NCBI GenBank assembly: GCA_965202665.1
Contig: OZ241841.1
Coordinates: forward strand, 32,001 to 96,000
Direction: 5' to 3'
DNA: 64,000 bases
From: Candidatus Spongiisociaceae bacterium
GTDB lineage: Bacteria; Actinomycetota; Acidimicrobiia; Spongiisociales; Spongiisociaceae
The notes beneath the pieces are model-generated. The model was not told the DNA's origin. It was given only the letters and a program-made list of their open reading frames with translations, and ran no database searches. This document shows, piece after piece, positions 36,904-47,181 of this stretch. Each line of letters starts with the position of its first letter. Position 1 is the first letter of the stretch. Both the position numbers and the translations under genes were made by a program.

Positions 36904-37497
36904 TTATCGGCCGGTCCGCTCAGTCTCCGGTTTTATTATAGCCAAAATTTCTCGTACGGCGTCGTCCACTCGGTCGTTTATCACCTGATGGGGGAATCCC
37001 TCCCCTATCCGTATCTGTTCGGCGGCCGCCGCCATCCGGGAGGCGATCACCTCTTCGGTCATGTCCCCCCGCCCCCGCAAGCGGTTTTCCAGCTCTTCCA
37101 TGGTGGGCGGTTTTAGGAAGATGGCCGTCGCCTCCGGATATTCTTCCCTAATCCGCTGCGCTCCTTTGGCCTCCACGTCCAGAACCACGTTCCGCCCTTG
37201 CGTCAGATGCCCTTCCACTTCGGAGACCGGGGTCCCGTAACGATGCCCGGCGTAACGTTCCCATTCCAGCAATTTGCCCTCCCTCGCCCAAGCCTCGAAT
37301 TCGGCTTCGTCCAGGAAAAAATAGTGCTCCCCGTCCACTTCGCCCGGACGGGGCGGGCGGGTGGTGGCCGACACCGCGAAGCGGTGGGGCCATCGGCCCG
37401 CCAAACCGGACAGAATGGTCTGCTTTCCCACCCCGGAGGGCCCGCAGATGATCGCCAACCGGCCGCGGCCAGCCGCCACATTGGCCACCTCCGTCAC
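36904..37497 (-). CDS. gmk: Guanylate kinase
   Basis: GPSGVGK, SATTRPPRPGEVDG, YGTP. Confidence 0.96.
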   Translation of the reverse strand: MTEVANVAAGRGRLAIICGPSGVGKQTILSGLAGRWPHRFAVSATTRPPRPGEVDGEHYFFLDEAEFEAWAREGKLLEWERYAGHRYGTPVSEVEGHLTQGRNVVLDVEAKGAQRIREEYPEATAIFLKPPTMEELENRLRGRGDMTEEVIASRMAAAAEQIRIGEGFPHQVINDRVDDAVREILAIIKPETERTGR

Positions 37498-37502
37498 CCG
37501 GG

Positions 37503-37823
37503 CTATCCGGACTTATCGCATTCTTCAATCAGTTTCTGCCTCTGCCGTACGCCCAATCCCCGCAGCCGCCGGTTTTCGGAGATGCCCAGTTTCTCCATCG
37601 TCCGTTTGGTTTTCATCTTGCCGTAGCCGGGAATGGACACCACCACCGCCGACACTTTCATGCCGGCGGCGATCTCGTCGGTTTCCGCCATCTCCAAAAG
37701 TTCGGCCACCGTCATGGAACGGGTCTTCAGGGCCTGCTTCCATTCGGCGCGGGTGCGGCGAACATGGGCCGCCTTCGCCAAAGCTGCGGCCCGTTGCTCT
37801 TCCGTCAAAGGGGTGAGGGGCAT
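37503..37823 (-). CDS. mihF: Actinobacterial integration host factor (mIHF)
   Basis: LTEEQRAAALAKAA..R..RAE, PGYGK, RRLRGLG. Confidence 0.93.
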   Translation of the reverse strand: MPLTPLTEEQRAAALAKAAHVRRTRAEWKQALKTRSMTVAELLEMAETDEIAAGMKVSAVVVSIPGYGKMKTKRTMEKLGISENRRLRGLGVRQRQKLIEECDKSG

Positions 37824-37933
37824 TTGTCGACTCCTTCGTCCAAGCCTGCCGGGTGGCGGTTTGCCGACCCAACTTTACCCGGAGAACCGGGCTAAGTAGC
37901 CCAACCGCCCAGTATCTCCCGGAGCGGCGTTTT

Positions 37934-38680
37934 TCAGTCCGGCGCCGGGCTCGCCTCCGCCGCGCCCGGCCCGGCCGCCGCCAGCTTGGCCGCGATGGCC
38001 GCCGCAGCCGCCGCCGGGTCGGGAGCGCGGGTGATGGGCCGTCCTATAACCAGCAGGTCCGCCCCCCAGCTCAAGGCTTCGACCGGGGTGGCGGTGCGCA
38101 CCTGGTCGTCCCCTTCGGCCGCCGCCGGGCGGATGCCGGGCGTCACTTTCAGCATGTCCGGGGCGGCGTCGGCGATCACCCTCAGCTCGCGGGGGGAGGC
38201 GATCACCCCTTCGCAATCGGCTTCGGCGGCCAGGCGGGCCCGGCGGGACGACAACCCGGCGGGGGAACCGCTCTCCCCGGTCTCGGCCAAATCGGAAGAG
38301 TCGAGGCTGGTGAGGACGGTGACCGCCAGCACCCCCGCCGGACGCGAACCCGCCCCTTCGGCCAGTCCGTCCACCGCCTCCCGCAACATGGTCCGGCCGC
38401 CCGCGGCGTGGGCCGTCACCCACCGGGCCCCGGCCGCTCCCAGCCCGCGGGCGGCGGCCCGCACCGTGTTGGGGATGTCGTGCAGTTTGGCGTCCACCAG
38501 CAGGGGCTTGCCCATCCGGGACAGGGCCGCCACCACCCCCGGGCCGGGCCCGGTTAGCAGTTCCAGCCCCACTTTGAAACCCCCCACATGGGGGGACACC
38601 CTCCGCGCCAGGTGCACCGCTTCCTCGGCGGTGGAAACATCCAGCGCCGCCAAGATGGGATTGCGGACAGCTTCGTTCAT
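37934..38680 (-). CDS. pyrF: Orotidine-5'-phosphate decarboxylase
   Basis: ALD, KVG, DAKLHDIPNT, TPGIR, GRPI. Confidence 0.96.
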   Translation of the reverse strand: MNEAVRNPILAALDVSTAEEAVHLARRVSPHVGGFKVGLELLTGPGPGVVAALSRMGKPLLVDAKLHDIPNTVRAAARGLGAAGARWVTAHAAGGRTMLREAVDGLAEGAGSRPAGVLAVTVLTSLDSSDLAETGESGSPAGLSSRRARLAAEADCEGVIASPRELRVIADAAPDMLKVTPGIRPAAAEGDDQVRTATPVEALSWGADLLVIGRPITRAPDPAAAAAAIAAKLAAAGPGAAEASPAPD

Positions 38681-38684
38681 GGCC

Positions 38685-39605
38685 TTACCCTACTTTCATG
38701 ATTCCGGTCAGTTCCGATACCTTCCCCACCCGGTTCGCCCGGCACCAGCGGGCCAACTCCCGGTCGATGCGGCGCGCCGCCCGGGGGGCGGAGAAATGCA
38801 CGGTGCCGATGGCCACCGCGCTGGCCCCCGCCATCATATATTCCACCACGTCCGCCCCCGAGACCGCCCCCCCGCAGCCGACGATGGGAACCCCCGGCAG
38901 GGCGCGGGCCGTCTCCGTCACGCACCGCATGGCCAGCGGCTTCAGCGGCGGGCCCGAATAACCGCCCACCGTTCCCGCCAGCCGGGGGCGGCCGGTGGCG
39001 ATGTCCACCGCCGCCCCCAGGGCGGTGTTGGTCAGCACCAGCCAGTCCGCCCCGGCTGCTACCACCGCCCGGGCCACCGAAACGATATCGGGGGCGTTGG
39101 GGGACAGCTTCACCCCCATGGGCGAAGACACCGCCTCCCGCACCGCGGCCGTAACCCGGCCGGACAGGGCCGCGTCGAGGGCGATCAGGCCTTCCCCCTC
39201 CAGGTTGGGGCAGGACAGGTTCACTTCCACCGCCGCCGTTCCCGCTTCTTGCAACCCCCGGGCCACCGCCGCGAACTCCCCGGGGGTGCGCCCCACCGCC
39301 GACCCCCATACCGGAACCGGCAGGGAGGCGATGCGCGGGCCGAACTGGGCCGCCCACCGTTCAATGCCCGGATTCTGGATGCCTATCCCGTTCAGCATCC
39401 CCGTCCCGGCCGGGGCCAGGCGGGGCGGCGGGTTGCCCGGCCAAGGATCCTGCGATACCGACTTGGCCACCAGCGCCCCGTAGCAATCCAAAGTCCCCGC
39501 CCCGGCGAAGTCCACCGCCGACCCGACCGTCCCCGACGCCCCGATGAGGGGCGAACGGAGCCGAATCGGCCCCAAGGTCACCGACCGGTCGGGGTTCCGT
39601 GCCAT
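38685..39605 (-). CDS. pyrD: Dihydroorotate dehydrogenase (family 1 catalytic subunit)
   Basis: [35 protein letters not shown]. Confidence 0.93.
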   Translation of the reverse strand: MARNPDRSVTLGPIRLRSPLIGASGTVGSAVDFAGAGTLDCYGALVAKSVSQDPWPGNPPPRLAPAGTGMLNGIGIQNPGIERWAAQFGPRIASLPVPVWGSAVGRTPGEFAAVARGLQEAGTAAVEVNLSCPNLEGEGLIALDAALSGRVTAAVREAVSSPMGVKLSPNAPDIVSVARAVVAAGADWLVLTNTALGAAVDIATGRPRLAGTVGGYSGPPLKPLAMRCVTETARALPGVPIVGCGGAVSGADVVEYMMAGASAVAIGTVHFSAPRAARRIDRELARWCRANRVGKVSELTGIMKVG

Positions 39606-42600
39606 TCCTGCAGGCTCCGCACCCTGCGCACCGCTTCCCGGCCGGAGGCCAGGCTGCGGGCCGCGGCATGGGCGGCGGAGATGGTGGTGATGCACGGCAC
39701 GCCCCGGGCGGAGGCGGCCCGGCGGATGAGTTTGCCGTCCCCCCGGGCCCGCCGCCCCCGGGGGGTGTTGATCACCAGCCCCACTTCCCCCTCCGACACC
39801 CGTTGCACTATGTCGCGCGGCCCCTCCCCGGCTTTGGGCACGGACTCGGCCTCCACCCCCCCGCGCCGCAGGAAGGCGGCGGTGCCGGGGGAGGCCAGAA
39901 GATGAAAGCCCTCCGCGGCGAACGCCCGGGCCGCGTCCAGACCGGGCGGTTTGTCCCGGTCGGCCAGGGACAAAAAGACCGTCCCCCCGTCCGGGATGCC
40001 GCTCCCGGCGGCCAGCATGGCCTTGGCGTAGGCCACCCCCGGGTCGTCCCCGATCCCCATCACCTCCCCGGTGGCGCGCATTTCCGGTCCGAGCACGATA
40101 TCCTCCTCCGGGAACCGGTCCCAGGGCAGCACCGCCTCCTTGGCGGAGGTGAAAGCGGGGGCCGGAGCGTCGGCAAACACCCCTTGCCTCCGCAACTCTT
40201 CCAGGGAATCCCCCATCATCACCCGGGTGGCCGCCTTGGCCAGCGGAACCCCCGTCGCCTTGGAAATGAAAGGGACGGTGCGGGAACCGCGCGGGTTGGC
40301 CTCCAAAACGAACACCTCGTCCCCCGCCGGCCGGTCCGGGCCTCCGTATTTGACCGCAAACTGGATGTTGATCAGGCCCCGCACCCGCAGGGCGGCGGCC
40401 AAGTCGGCGGAGGCGGCGATGATGCGCTCCCGCACCTCCCCGGGCAGGGTGGGGGGCGGGGTCAGGCATGCGGAGTCGCCGGAATGAACCCCGGCCTGCT
40501 CCACATGCTCCATCACCCCCCCCACCAGCAGTTCCGATCCGTCGAACACCGCATCCACGTCCAACTCCACCGCCGACTCCAAAAACCGGTCCACCAGCAA
40601 CGGCGCCGCGAACAGATCCAGGCCCGCCACCTGCTCAAAGCCGTAGATTTCCCCCAGGTAGGAGTCCAGTTCATCGTAGGAATAGACCACCCGCATGGCC
40701 CGCCCCCCCAGCACGTAGGAGGGCCGCACCAGCACCGGAAACCCGATGCGGTCCACCACTTCCTGGGCCTGCGCCGGGTTGGCGGCGATGCCGTGCGGGG
40801 GCTGGGCGATCCCCAGCTCCCGGCACACGGCCGAGAAGCGCTCCCGGTCTTCGGCGGCGTCGATGCTGTCCGGGGAGGTGCCGGCGATGGGAACCCCGGC
40901 CGCCTCCAAATCGCGGGCCAGGGACAGGGGGGTCTGTCCGCCCAGTTGCACCAGCACCGCCTCCGGGTTTTCGGCGGCGCAGATTTCCAGCACGTCTTCG
41001 GCGGTGAGGGGTTCGAAGTAAAGACGGTCGGAAGTGTCGTAATCGGTGGACACCGTCTCCGGGTTGCAGTTCACCATCACCGTCTCGTAACCGGCTTCCC
41101 GCAGGGCGAAGGAGGCGTGCACGCAACAGTAATCGAATTCTATTCCCTGCCCGATGCGGTTGGGTCCGGAGCCCAAAATCACCACCCGGGGCCGCCCGGA
41201 CGGCTCCGTCTCGCTTTCGTCCTCGTAGGTGGAATAGAAGTAGGGGGTGCGCGCCTCGAATTCGGCTGCGCAGGTGTCCACCCGCTTATAGGTGGGAAGC
41301 ACCCCCGTCCGGCGGCGGGCGGCCCGGATCTCCTCCGGGGTCCTGTTCCACAGGTAGGCCAGCTGGCGATCGGAGAAGCCTTTCCGCTTGGCCTCCCGCA
41401 GCGTCTCCGCGTCCGGCTCGGGGCTTTCCCATCCGGCGGCCGCTTCCAGCTCGGCCCGGGTTTCGCAGATTTCCAGCATTTGGTCCAGAAACCACGGGTC
41501 TATGCCGGTGGCGGCCGCTACGTCGGCGACCTCCCAACCGCGGCGGAGGGCCTCGGCCGTCTGATATATGCGGTCGGGGGTGGGAACGGAGATCCGCTCC
41601 CCCAGCTCCTCGTCGGACATTCCGAGCAGGGGCCGCTCCCCTTGATCGGCGTTCAAACCCGCCCGTCCCGTTTCCAGGCTGCGCAGGGCCTTCTGCAGGG
41701 CCTCCGGGAAGGTGCGTCCGATGGCCATCGCCTCCCCCACGGAACGCATGGAGGTGCCCAGCCGGTCGGAGGTGGAGGGAAATTTGGCGAAGTCGAAGCG
41801 GGGGACTTTCACCACCGCGTAGTCCAAAGCCGGTTCAAAGCAGGCGGGGGTGGCCTCGGTGATGTCGTTGGCGATCTCGTCCAAAGCGCATCCCACCGCC
41901 AGCAGGGCGGCGATTTTGGCGATGGGGAAGCCGGTGGCTTTGGAGGCCAGCGCCGAAGAACGGGACACCCGGGGGTTCATTTCGATGATCAGGCGGCGGC
42001 CGGTGCGGGGATCCACCGCGAACTGCACGTTGGAGCCGCCGGTCTGCACCCCGATGGCCCGCAGGCAGGTGATGGCGTCGTCCCGCATCAACTGGTATTC
42101 CCGGTCGGACAGGGTTTGAATGGGGGCCACCGTGATGGAATCGCCGGTGTGAACCCCCATCGGATCCAGGTTTTCGATGGAACATACGATCACCGCGTTG
42201 CCGTTGCGGTCGGCCATCACCTCCAACTCGAACTCTTTCCACCCCTCCACCGACTCCTCCACCAGGATCTCCCCCACCGGGGAGGCCTCCAAGCCCCGTT
42301 CGGCGATGCGGGCGAACTCGTCGGAGTCCCGGGCCACCCCGGTGCCGCCGCCGCCCAGGATGTAGGAGGGGCGCACCATCACCGGGAAGCCGATCTCCCC
42401 TGCCGCCGCCCCGGCTTCGGCCATGGAGCGGGCGTAGCGGGAGCGGGGCATTTCCAGCCCGGCCGCCTCCATCGTTTCTTTAAACAGTCCCCTATCCTCG
42501 GCCCGTTCGATGGCGTCGAAGCCGGCCCCGATCAGCTCCACCCCGTATTCGTCCAAAGCGCCGGCGCGGGCCAGGTCGGCGGTCACGTTGAGGGCGGTCT

Positions 42601-42877
42601 GCCCGCCCAGGGTGGGGAGGAGGGCGTCCGGTTTTTCCCGGCGGATGATTTCCTCCACGACGCCGGGGGTTATCGGCTCTAGGTAGGTGGCGTCGGAAAA
42701 CTGGGGGTCGGTCATTATGGTGGCCGGGTTGGAGTTGACCAGGGCCACCCGGTAGCCCCGGGCGCGGAGGGCTTTGGCTGCCTGGGTGCCCGAATAGTCG
42801 AACTCGCAGGCTTGGCCGATCACGATCGGGCCGGAGCCGATGAGCAGGATGGATGACAAATCGGTCCGGGCGGGCAT
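39578..42877 (-). CDS. carB: Carbamoyl-phosphate synthase large subunit
   Basis: [31 protein letters not shown] domain. Confidence 0.97.
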   Translation of the reverse strand: MPARTDLSSILLIGSGPIVIGQACEFDYSGTQAAKALRARGYRVALVNSNPATIMTDPQFSDATYLEPITPGVVEEIIRREKPDALLPTLGGQTALNVTADLARAGALDEYGVELIGAGFDAIERAEDRGLFKETMEAAGLEMPRSRYARSMAEAGAAAGEIGFPVMVRPSYILGGGGTGVARDSDEFARIAERGLEASPVGEILVEESVEGWKEFELEVMADRNGNAVIVCSIENLDPMGVHTGDSITVAPIQTLSDREYQLMRDDAITCLRAIGVQTGGSNVQFAVDPRTGRRLIIEMNPRVSRSSALASKATGFPIAKIAALLAVGCALDEIANDITEATPACFEPALDYAVVKVPRFDFAKFPSTSDRLGTSMRSVGEAMAIGRTFPEALQKALRSLETGRAGLNADQGERPLLGMSDEELGERISVPTPDRIYQTAEALRRGWEVADVAAATGIDPWFLDQMLEICETRAELEAAAGWESPEPDAETLREAKRKGFSDRQLAYLWNRTPEEIRAARRRTGVLPTYKRVDTCAAEFEARTPYFYSTYEDESETEPSGRPRVVILGSGPNRIGQGIEFDYCCVHASFALREAGYETVMVNCNPETVSTDYDTSDRLYFEPLTAEDVLEICAAENPEAVLVQLGGQTPLSLARDLEAAGVPIAGTSPDSIDAAEDRERFSAVCRELGIAQPPHGIAANPAQAQEVVDRIGFPVLVRPSYVLGGRAMRVVYSYDELDSYLGEIYGFEQVAGLDLFAAPLLVDRFLESAVELDVDAVFDGSELLVGGVMEHVEQAGVHSGDSACLTPPPTLPGEVRERIIAASADLAAALRVRGLINIQFAVKYGGPDRPAGDEVFVLEANPRGSRTVPFISKATGVPLAKAATRVMMGDSLEELRRQGVFADAPAPAFTSAKEAVLPWDRFPEEDIVLGPEMRATGEVMGIGDDPGVAYAKAMLAAGSGIPDGGTVFLSLADRDKPPGLDAARAFAAEGFHLLASPGTAAFLRRGGVEAESVPKAGEGPRDIVQRVSEGEVGLVINTPRGRRARGDGKLIRRAASARGVPCITTISAAHAAARSLASGREAVRRVRSLQEWHGTPTGR

Positions 42878-44061
42878 CAGGGTCCCTCTGTCCGGTCGGG
42901 GGCGGGAGGGGCGTCCAATCCCATCAGGTCGATGAAGTCGTCGAACAGGCCGAGGGCGTCGTGCGGGCCGGGGGCGGCCTCCGGATGGTATTGCACGGAG
43001 AAGGCGGGAATGTCCAGGCATCTCATCCCCTCCAAGGTGCCGTCGTTCAGGTTCTGATGGGTGGGGCGAATCGGACCGAAGGCGCTTTCCGCCTCCTCCG
43101 GCAGCCTCTCCGGACCGGGCAGGCCCGGCGCGGGGGGCGGGGGGCGGCCCGCCAGCGGCCACAGATCCACCGCGAAGCCGTGGTTCTGGGCCGTGATCTC
43201 CACCCGGCCGTCGCCCAGGCGGCGCACCGGATGGTTCCCCCCGTGATGGCCGAAAGGCAGTTTGAAGGTTTCGGCCCCCAAAGCCAACCCCAGCACCTGG
43301 TGCCCCAGGCAGATGCCGAACACCGGAACCTTGCCCAGCAACCCCCGCAGGGTGGCGATCTGGCGGACCAGGGGTTCGGGGTCGCCCGGCCCGTTGGACA
43401 GGAACACCCCGTCCGGACGGAAGGCCTCCACTTCCTCGGGGAGAACGGTGGCGGGCAGGACGTGCACTTGTATTCCCCGGTCGGCCAGCCGCCGCCCTAT
43501 GTCCCGCTTCATCCCCAAGTCGATGGCCGCCACCCGTCCCACTGGGTCGCCCTCCGGGTCGATCCGGTACGGCCTGGGGGTGGTTACCGCCCCGGCCAGG
43601 TCCTGGCCTTCCATGCCGGGGGCGGCGGCGGCCATCGCCTGCAACTCGGCGATGCCGCCCTCGTCGGAGATGACGGCCGGCTGGGCGCCCGCCTCCCGGA
43701 TGTGGCGGGTGAGGCGGCGGGTGTCGATGTCGGCCAGGGCGCGCACTCCGTGACTGCGCAGGTAGGCGGCGATGGAACCCTCCGCCCGCCAGTTGGAATG
43801 ACGGCGGGACAGGGAGCGCACCACCAGCCCCCGGGCGGCGGGGGCGTCCGCCTGGTCGTCCCAGTCGTTCACCCCGTAGTTGCCGATGTGGGGGGAGGTC
43901 ATTACCACCACCTGCCCGGCGTAGGAGGGGTCGGACAGCACCTCCTGGTAGCCGGTCATGGACGTGTTGAACACCACCTCCCCGACCGCGGGGCCCTCCG
44001 CTCCCACCGCCCGGCCGGTGAACACCTCCCCGGAGGCGGTGACTAAAACGCCCCGTCTCAT
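42877..44061 (-). CDS. carA: Carbamoyl-phosphate synthase small subunit
   Basis: [33 protein letters not shown]. Confidence 0.97.
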   Translation of the reverse strand: MRRGVLVTASGEVFTGRAVGAEGPAVGEVVFNTSMTGYQEVLSDPSYAGQVVVMTSPHIGNYGVNDWDDQADAPAARGLVVRSLSRRHSNWRAEGSIAAYLRSHGVRALADIDTRRLTRHIREAGAQPAVISDEGGIAELQAMAAAAPGMEGQDLAGAVTTPRPYRIDPEGDPVGRVAAIDLGMKRDIGRRLADRGIQVHVLPATVLPEEVEAFRPDGVFLSNGPGDPEPLVRQIATLRGLLGKVPVFGICLGHQVLGLALGAETFKLPFGHHGGNHPVRRLGDGRVEITAQNHGFAVDLWPLAGRPPPPAPGLPGPERLPEEAESAFGPIRPTHQNLNDGTLEGMRCLDIPAFSVQYHPEAAPGPHDALGLFDDFIDLMGLDAPPAPDRTEGP

Positions 44062-45407
44062 ATTCCGGCCCCCGCCGGCGGGGAGGCCGGGCCGTTGGGG
44101 ATGCGTCCCCGGTCGTAGGTGGGGCGGCCCCGGTAGAAGGTGTACCGCACCCGGCCGGTGAGGGGGCGGCCGGTGAAGGGGTTGTTGGAGGATTTGGAAT
44201 GGTAGGGCGGAGCGGGGGTCCAAGGCTCGTCCCAGTCCACCGCCGTCAGGTTGGCGGGGGAACCGGGCCGGATCCACTGTCCCTGGTCGGGGAGGCCGGC
44301 GATGGCGGCGGGGGTTACCGACATGCGCAGGAACAAGGTAACCGGATCGGGATCCAATGCGGTGCGCACCGCCGCCAAGGCGGTTTCCAACCCGGTCACC
44401 CCCCTGGGGGCCTCTTCGAACGGCACATCCTTTTCGTGGGCGGCGTGGGGGGCGTGGTCGGTGGCCACCGCGTCGATGGTTCCGTCGGCCAAGGCCTCCG
44501 CCAAGGCGGCGCGGTCCTGTTCGGCGCGCAACGGCGGATACATTTTGTACACGGGGTCCATTCCCTTCACTTGGCGGTGGGTGAAAACCAGATGGTGGGG
44601 GGCGACTTCGGCGGTTACCGGCAACCCTTTGTCTTTCGCCTCCCTTATCAGGGTTACGGAGGCGGCGGCGCTCACATGCTGGATGTGATATCGGGCGCCG
44701 GTCATTTCGGCCAAGGTCAGGTCGCGGGCCACCGTCACCGTTTCCGCCGCGGCGGGCAGTCCGTACATTCCCAGAAGCGATGATACTTCCCCTTCGTGCA
44801 TGTGCCCGCCCCGGGCCAGCCCCTCGTCCTCGGCGTGCTGGGCGACCACCGCGCCCCGGTCGCACACGTACTCCATCGCCCGGCGCAACAGGCCGGCGTC
44901 GGCCACCGTCCGCCCGTCGTCGGTGAATAATCTCACCCCCGCCTCGAACATTTCATCCAGGCGGGCCAGCGACTTTCCCCGGCCGCTTTTGGTGACGCAC
45001 CCGGCGGGAACCACTTCCGCCAGCCCCGCCGTCCGGCCCCGGTCGGTTACGTAGCGGGCCAGATGCCCGGCGTCCACCGGCGGGTCGGTGTTGGGCATGG
45101 CCAGCAGCGCCGTGTATCCGCCCGCCGCCGCCGCCGCCGACCCGGAGGCTATGTCCTCCTTCCACTCCTCCCCCGGTTCCCGCAAGTGGGCGTGCAAATC
45201 CACCAGCCCCGGCCCCACCACCAGCCCGGCGGCGTCCACCGCCTCGGTTGCGGGGTTTTCCGGGCGGGGCAGGTCGGGGCCGACCGCCGCCACCCGCCCG
45301 TTTTCGATTAAAACGTCGGCGGCGGCCGGGCCGTCGGGGGTGAGAACCGTCCCGCCCGCGATCAGATATCCCACCGGGCGGGGCCTGGAGTCGGCGGCGG
45401 GGGTCAT
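44058..45407 (-). CDS. pyrC: Dihydroorotase
   Basis: [21 protein letters not shown]. Confidence 0.95.
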   Translation of the reverse strand: MTPAADSRPRPVGYLIAGGTVLTPDGPAAADVLIENGRVAAVGPDLPRPENPATEAVDAAGLVVGPGLVDLHAHLREPGEEWKEDIASGSAAAAAGGYTALLAMPNTDPPVDAGHLARYVTDRGRTAGLAEVVPAGCVTKSGRGKSLARLDEMFEAGVRLFTDDGRTVADAGLLRRAMEYVCDRGAVVAQHAEDEGLARGGHMHEGEVSSLLGMYGLPAAAETVTVARDLTLAEMTGARYHIQHVSAAASVTLIREAKDKGLPVTAEVAPHHLVFTHRQVKGMDPVYKMYPPLRAEQDRAALAEALADGTIDAVATDHAPHAAHEKDVPFEEAPRGVTGLETALAAVRTALDPDPVTLFLRMSVTPAAIAGLPDQGQWIRPGSPANLTAVDWDEPWTPAPPYHSKSSNNPFTGRPLTGRVRYTFYRGRPTYDRGRIPNGPASPPAGAGI

Positions 45408-46312
45408 GGCCGTCCCGCCAGGAGCCGGAAAAGCACCGCCATCCGCACCGCCACCCCCGCCTCCACCTGTTCCATCATCAAAGCCCGTTCTTCGCCCGCC
45501 ACCGAATCTTCAATCTCCACGCCCCGGTTCATCGGGCCGGGGTGAAGCACCACCGATTCGGGGGGCATGGCCTCGAACCGGCTCCGGGTGAGGCCGAAGC
45601 GGGAGGCGTATTCGGGCAGGGACGGGAAAACCGAACTTCCGCCCCGCTCCGTCTGGATGCGCAGCAGGCATACGGCGTCCATTTCGCCTATGACGTCGTC
45701 GAAACGGTCGGTGACGGCCGCCGGCCATCCCCGGTCGGTGACCGGTTGCAGGGTGCGGGGCGCCACCAAAGTAACCTCCGCTCCTAGGGCGGTGAAGGCG
45801 AACATGTTGGAACGGGCCACCCGGGAGTGGCGAATGTCGCCCACGATGGCCACCCGCAGCCCGTCCAGTTTGCCGAACCGGCGGCGGAGGGTAAACGAGT
45901 CCAGCAGGGCCTGGGTGGGGTGCTGATGGGCCCCGTCCCCGGCGTTCACCACCGGCAGGCCGGTCCATTCCGCCATCCGCCAAGGAGCGCCGGCCGCCCG
46001 ATGGCGCACCACCAGCAGGTCGGCCCCCATCGCCTGCAGGGTATGGGCTGTGTCGCGCAGGCTTTCCCCTTTGGACAGGGCCGATCCTTTCCCGGCGAAG
46101 TTGATGACTTCGGCGGACAGGGCCCGGGCCGCCCGCTCGAAGGAAAGGCGGGTGCGGGTGGAATCCTCAAAGAACATCAGGGCGGCGCTTGCGCCCTGCA
46201 AGGCGGGGACTTTGGGTATGGGGCGGGCCAGCACCTCCCGGAATTCTTCGGCCAAGTCCAGCAGGTTTTCCAACTCGGCCCGGGGCGCGCCTTCGGTGGT
46301 GAGGAAACTCAT
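45404..46312 (-). CDS. pyrB: Aspartate carbamoyltransferase catalytic subunit
   Basis: [29 protein letters not shown] overlap with pyrR. Confidence 0.96.
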   Translation of the reverse strand: MSFLTTEGAPRAELENLLDLAEEFREVLARPIPKVPALQGASAALMFFEDSTRTRLSFERAARALSAEVINFAGKGSALSKGESLRDTAHTLQAMGADLLVVRHRAAGAPWRMAEWTGLPVVNAGDGAHQHPTQALLDSFTLRRRFGKLDGLRVAIVGDIRHSRVARSNMFAFTALGAEVTLVAPRTLQPVTDRGWPAAVTDRFDDVIGEMDAVCLLRIQTERGGSSVFPSLPEYASRFGLTRSRFEAMPPESVVLHPGPMNRGVEIEDSVAGEERALMMEQVEAGVAVRMAVLFRLLAGRP

Positions 46313-46863
46313 GTTCCGGCAGGGGGGGCGTCGGGCGATCGTTCTATCCACACCCCTTCTTCCCGGCCTTGGTCGGTTTCGGCCAGACGGGCCGTCACCC
46401 GTTCCGCGCGGGAAGTGGGCACGTTGATTCCCACATAGTCGGGGCGGATGGGAAGTTGGCGGTGCCCCCGATCCGCTAGAACGGCCAGCCGCACCGCCGC
46501 CGGCCGGCCGAAGTCGTTGAGGGCGTCCAAGGCGGAGCGCACGGTGCGGCCCGTGTACAGCACATCGTCCACTAACACCACGGTGCGGCCGGTGATGTCC
46601 ACCGGGAGGCGGGTGCGGGCCAGCCGGGCGGCGGGCCGTTGCGCCAAATCGTCCCGGTGCAGGCCGATGTCCAACGCCCCTACCGGCGTTTCCGCGTCGT
46701 GGAATTCCCGGATGGCGGCGGCTATCCGCTCCGCCAGCGGCGCCCCCCGGGTGTGGATTCCGATTAGCAGGAGCTGGTCCGGACGATCGGCCCCTTCCAT
46801 GATTTCATGGGACATCCGCCGCACCGCCCGGTTAATTTCCTCCCCGGTCATCACCTGCGGCAC
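46309..46863 (-). CDS. pyrR: Bifunctional pyr regulator / uracil phosphoribosyltransferase
   Basis: [28 protein letters not shown]. Confidence 0.96.
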   Translation of the reverse strand: MPQVMTGEEINRAVRRMSHEIMEGADRPDQLLLIGIHTRGAPLAERIAAAIREFHDAETPVGALDIGLHRDDLAQRPAARLARTRLPVDITGRTVVLVDDVLYTGRTVRSALDALNDFGRPAAVRLAVLADRGHRQLPIRPDYVGINVPTSRAERVTARLAETDQGREEGVWIERSPDAPPAGT

Positions 46864-46947
46864 GGGGCCTCCGCAACCGGAGCGGGATGGGCGGCGCCAA
46901 CCGCGGCGGGCGGGGGCCGTCCCTGAGCGGACAAGGGCATTGTTTCT

Positions 46948-46978
46948 CCTTCCCGGCCTCGCCGAACCGGATTAAAGG
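46948..46978 (-). ncRNA. PyrR-binding RNA element
   Basis: Minus strand CCUUUAA-UCCGGUUCGGCGAGGCCGGG-AAGG resembles the CCUUUAA...GUCCNGNGAGGY...AAGG consensus. The -10 TAAAAT is at 46990-46995. Confidence 0.8.
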
Positions 46979-47181
46979 TCTTGCTTGGCATTTTAGCCCG
47001 TCGTCTCCCCCGGCATAAATCCCACCTCCGCGGCCTCCTCATAGCGTCCGGCTACGGGCGGGCCGTCTAGGATGGGAAATGTCGCACCGGCCTCCTACCC
47101 TGCGCCCTATAGCCGGTTCCGAGGTTGCGCTGGCCGCCGGGGGGTAACCGGGGCCCGACTGACGCCGGAGGAGAAGGGGAT

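Noticed and set aside
38685-39605. pyrD without an adjacent pyrK
   Set aside because: pyrK may lie elsewhere and its absence from the cluster is common; not informative from this window alone.
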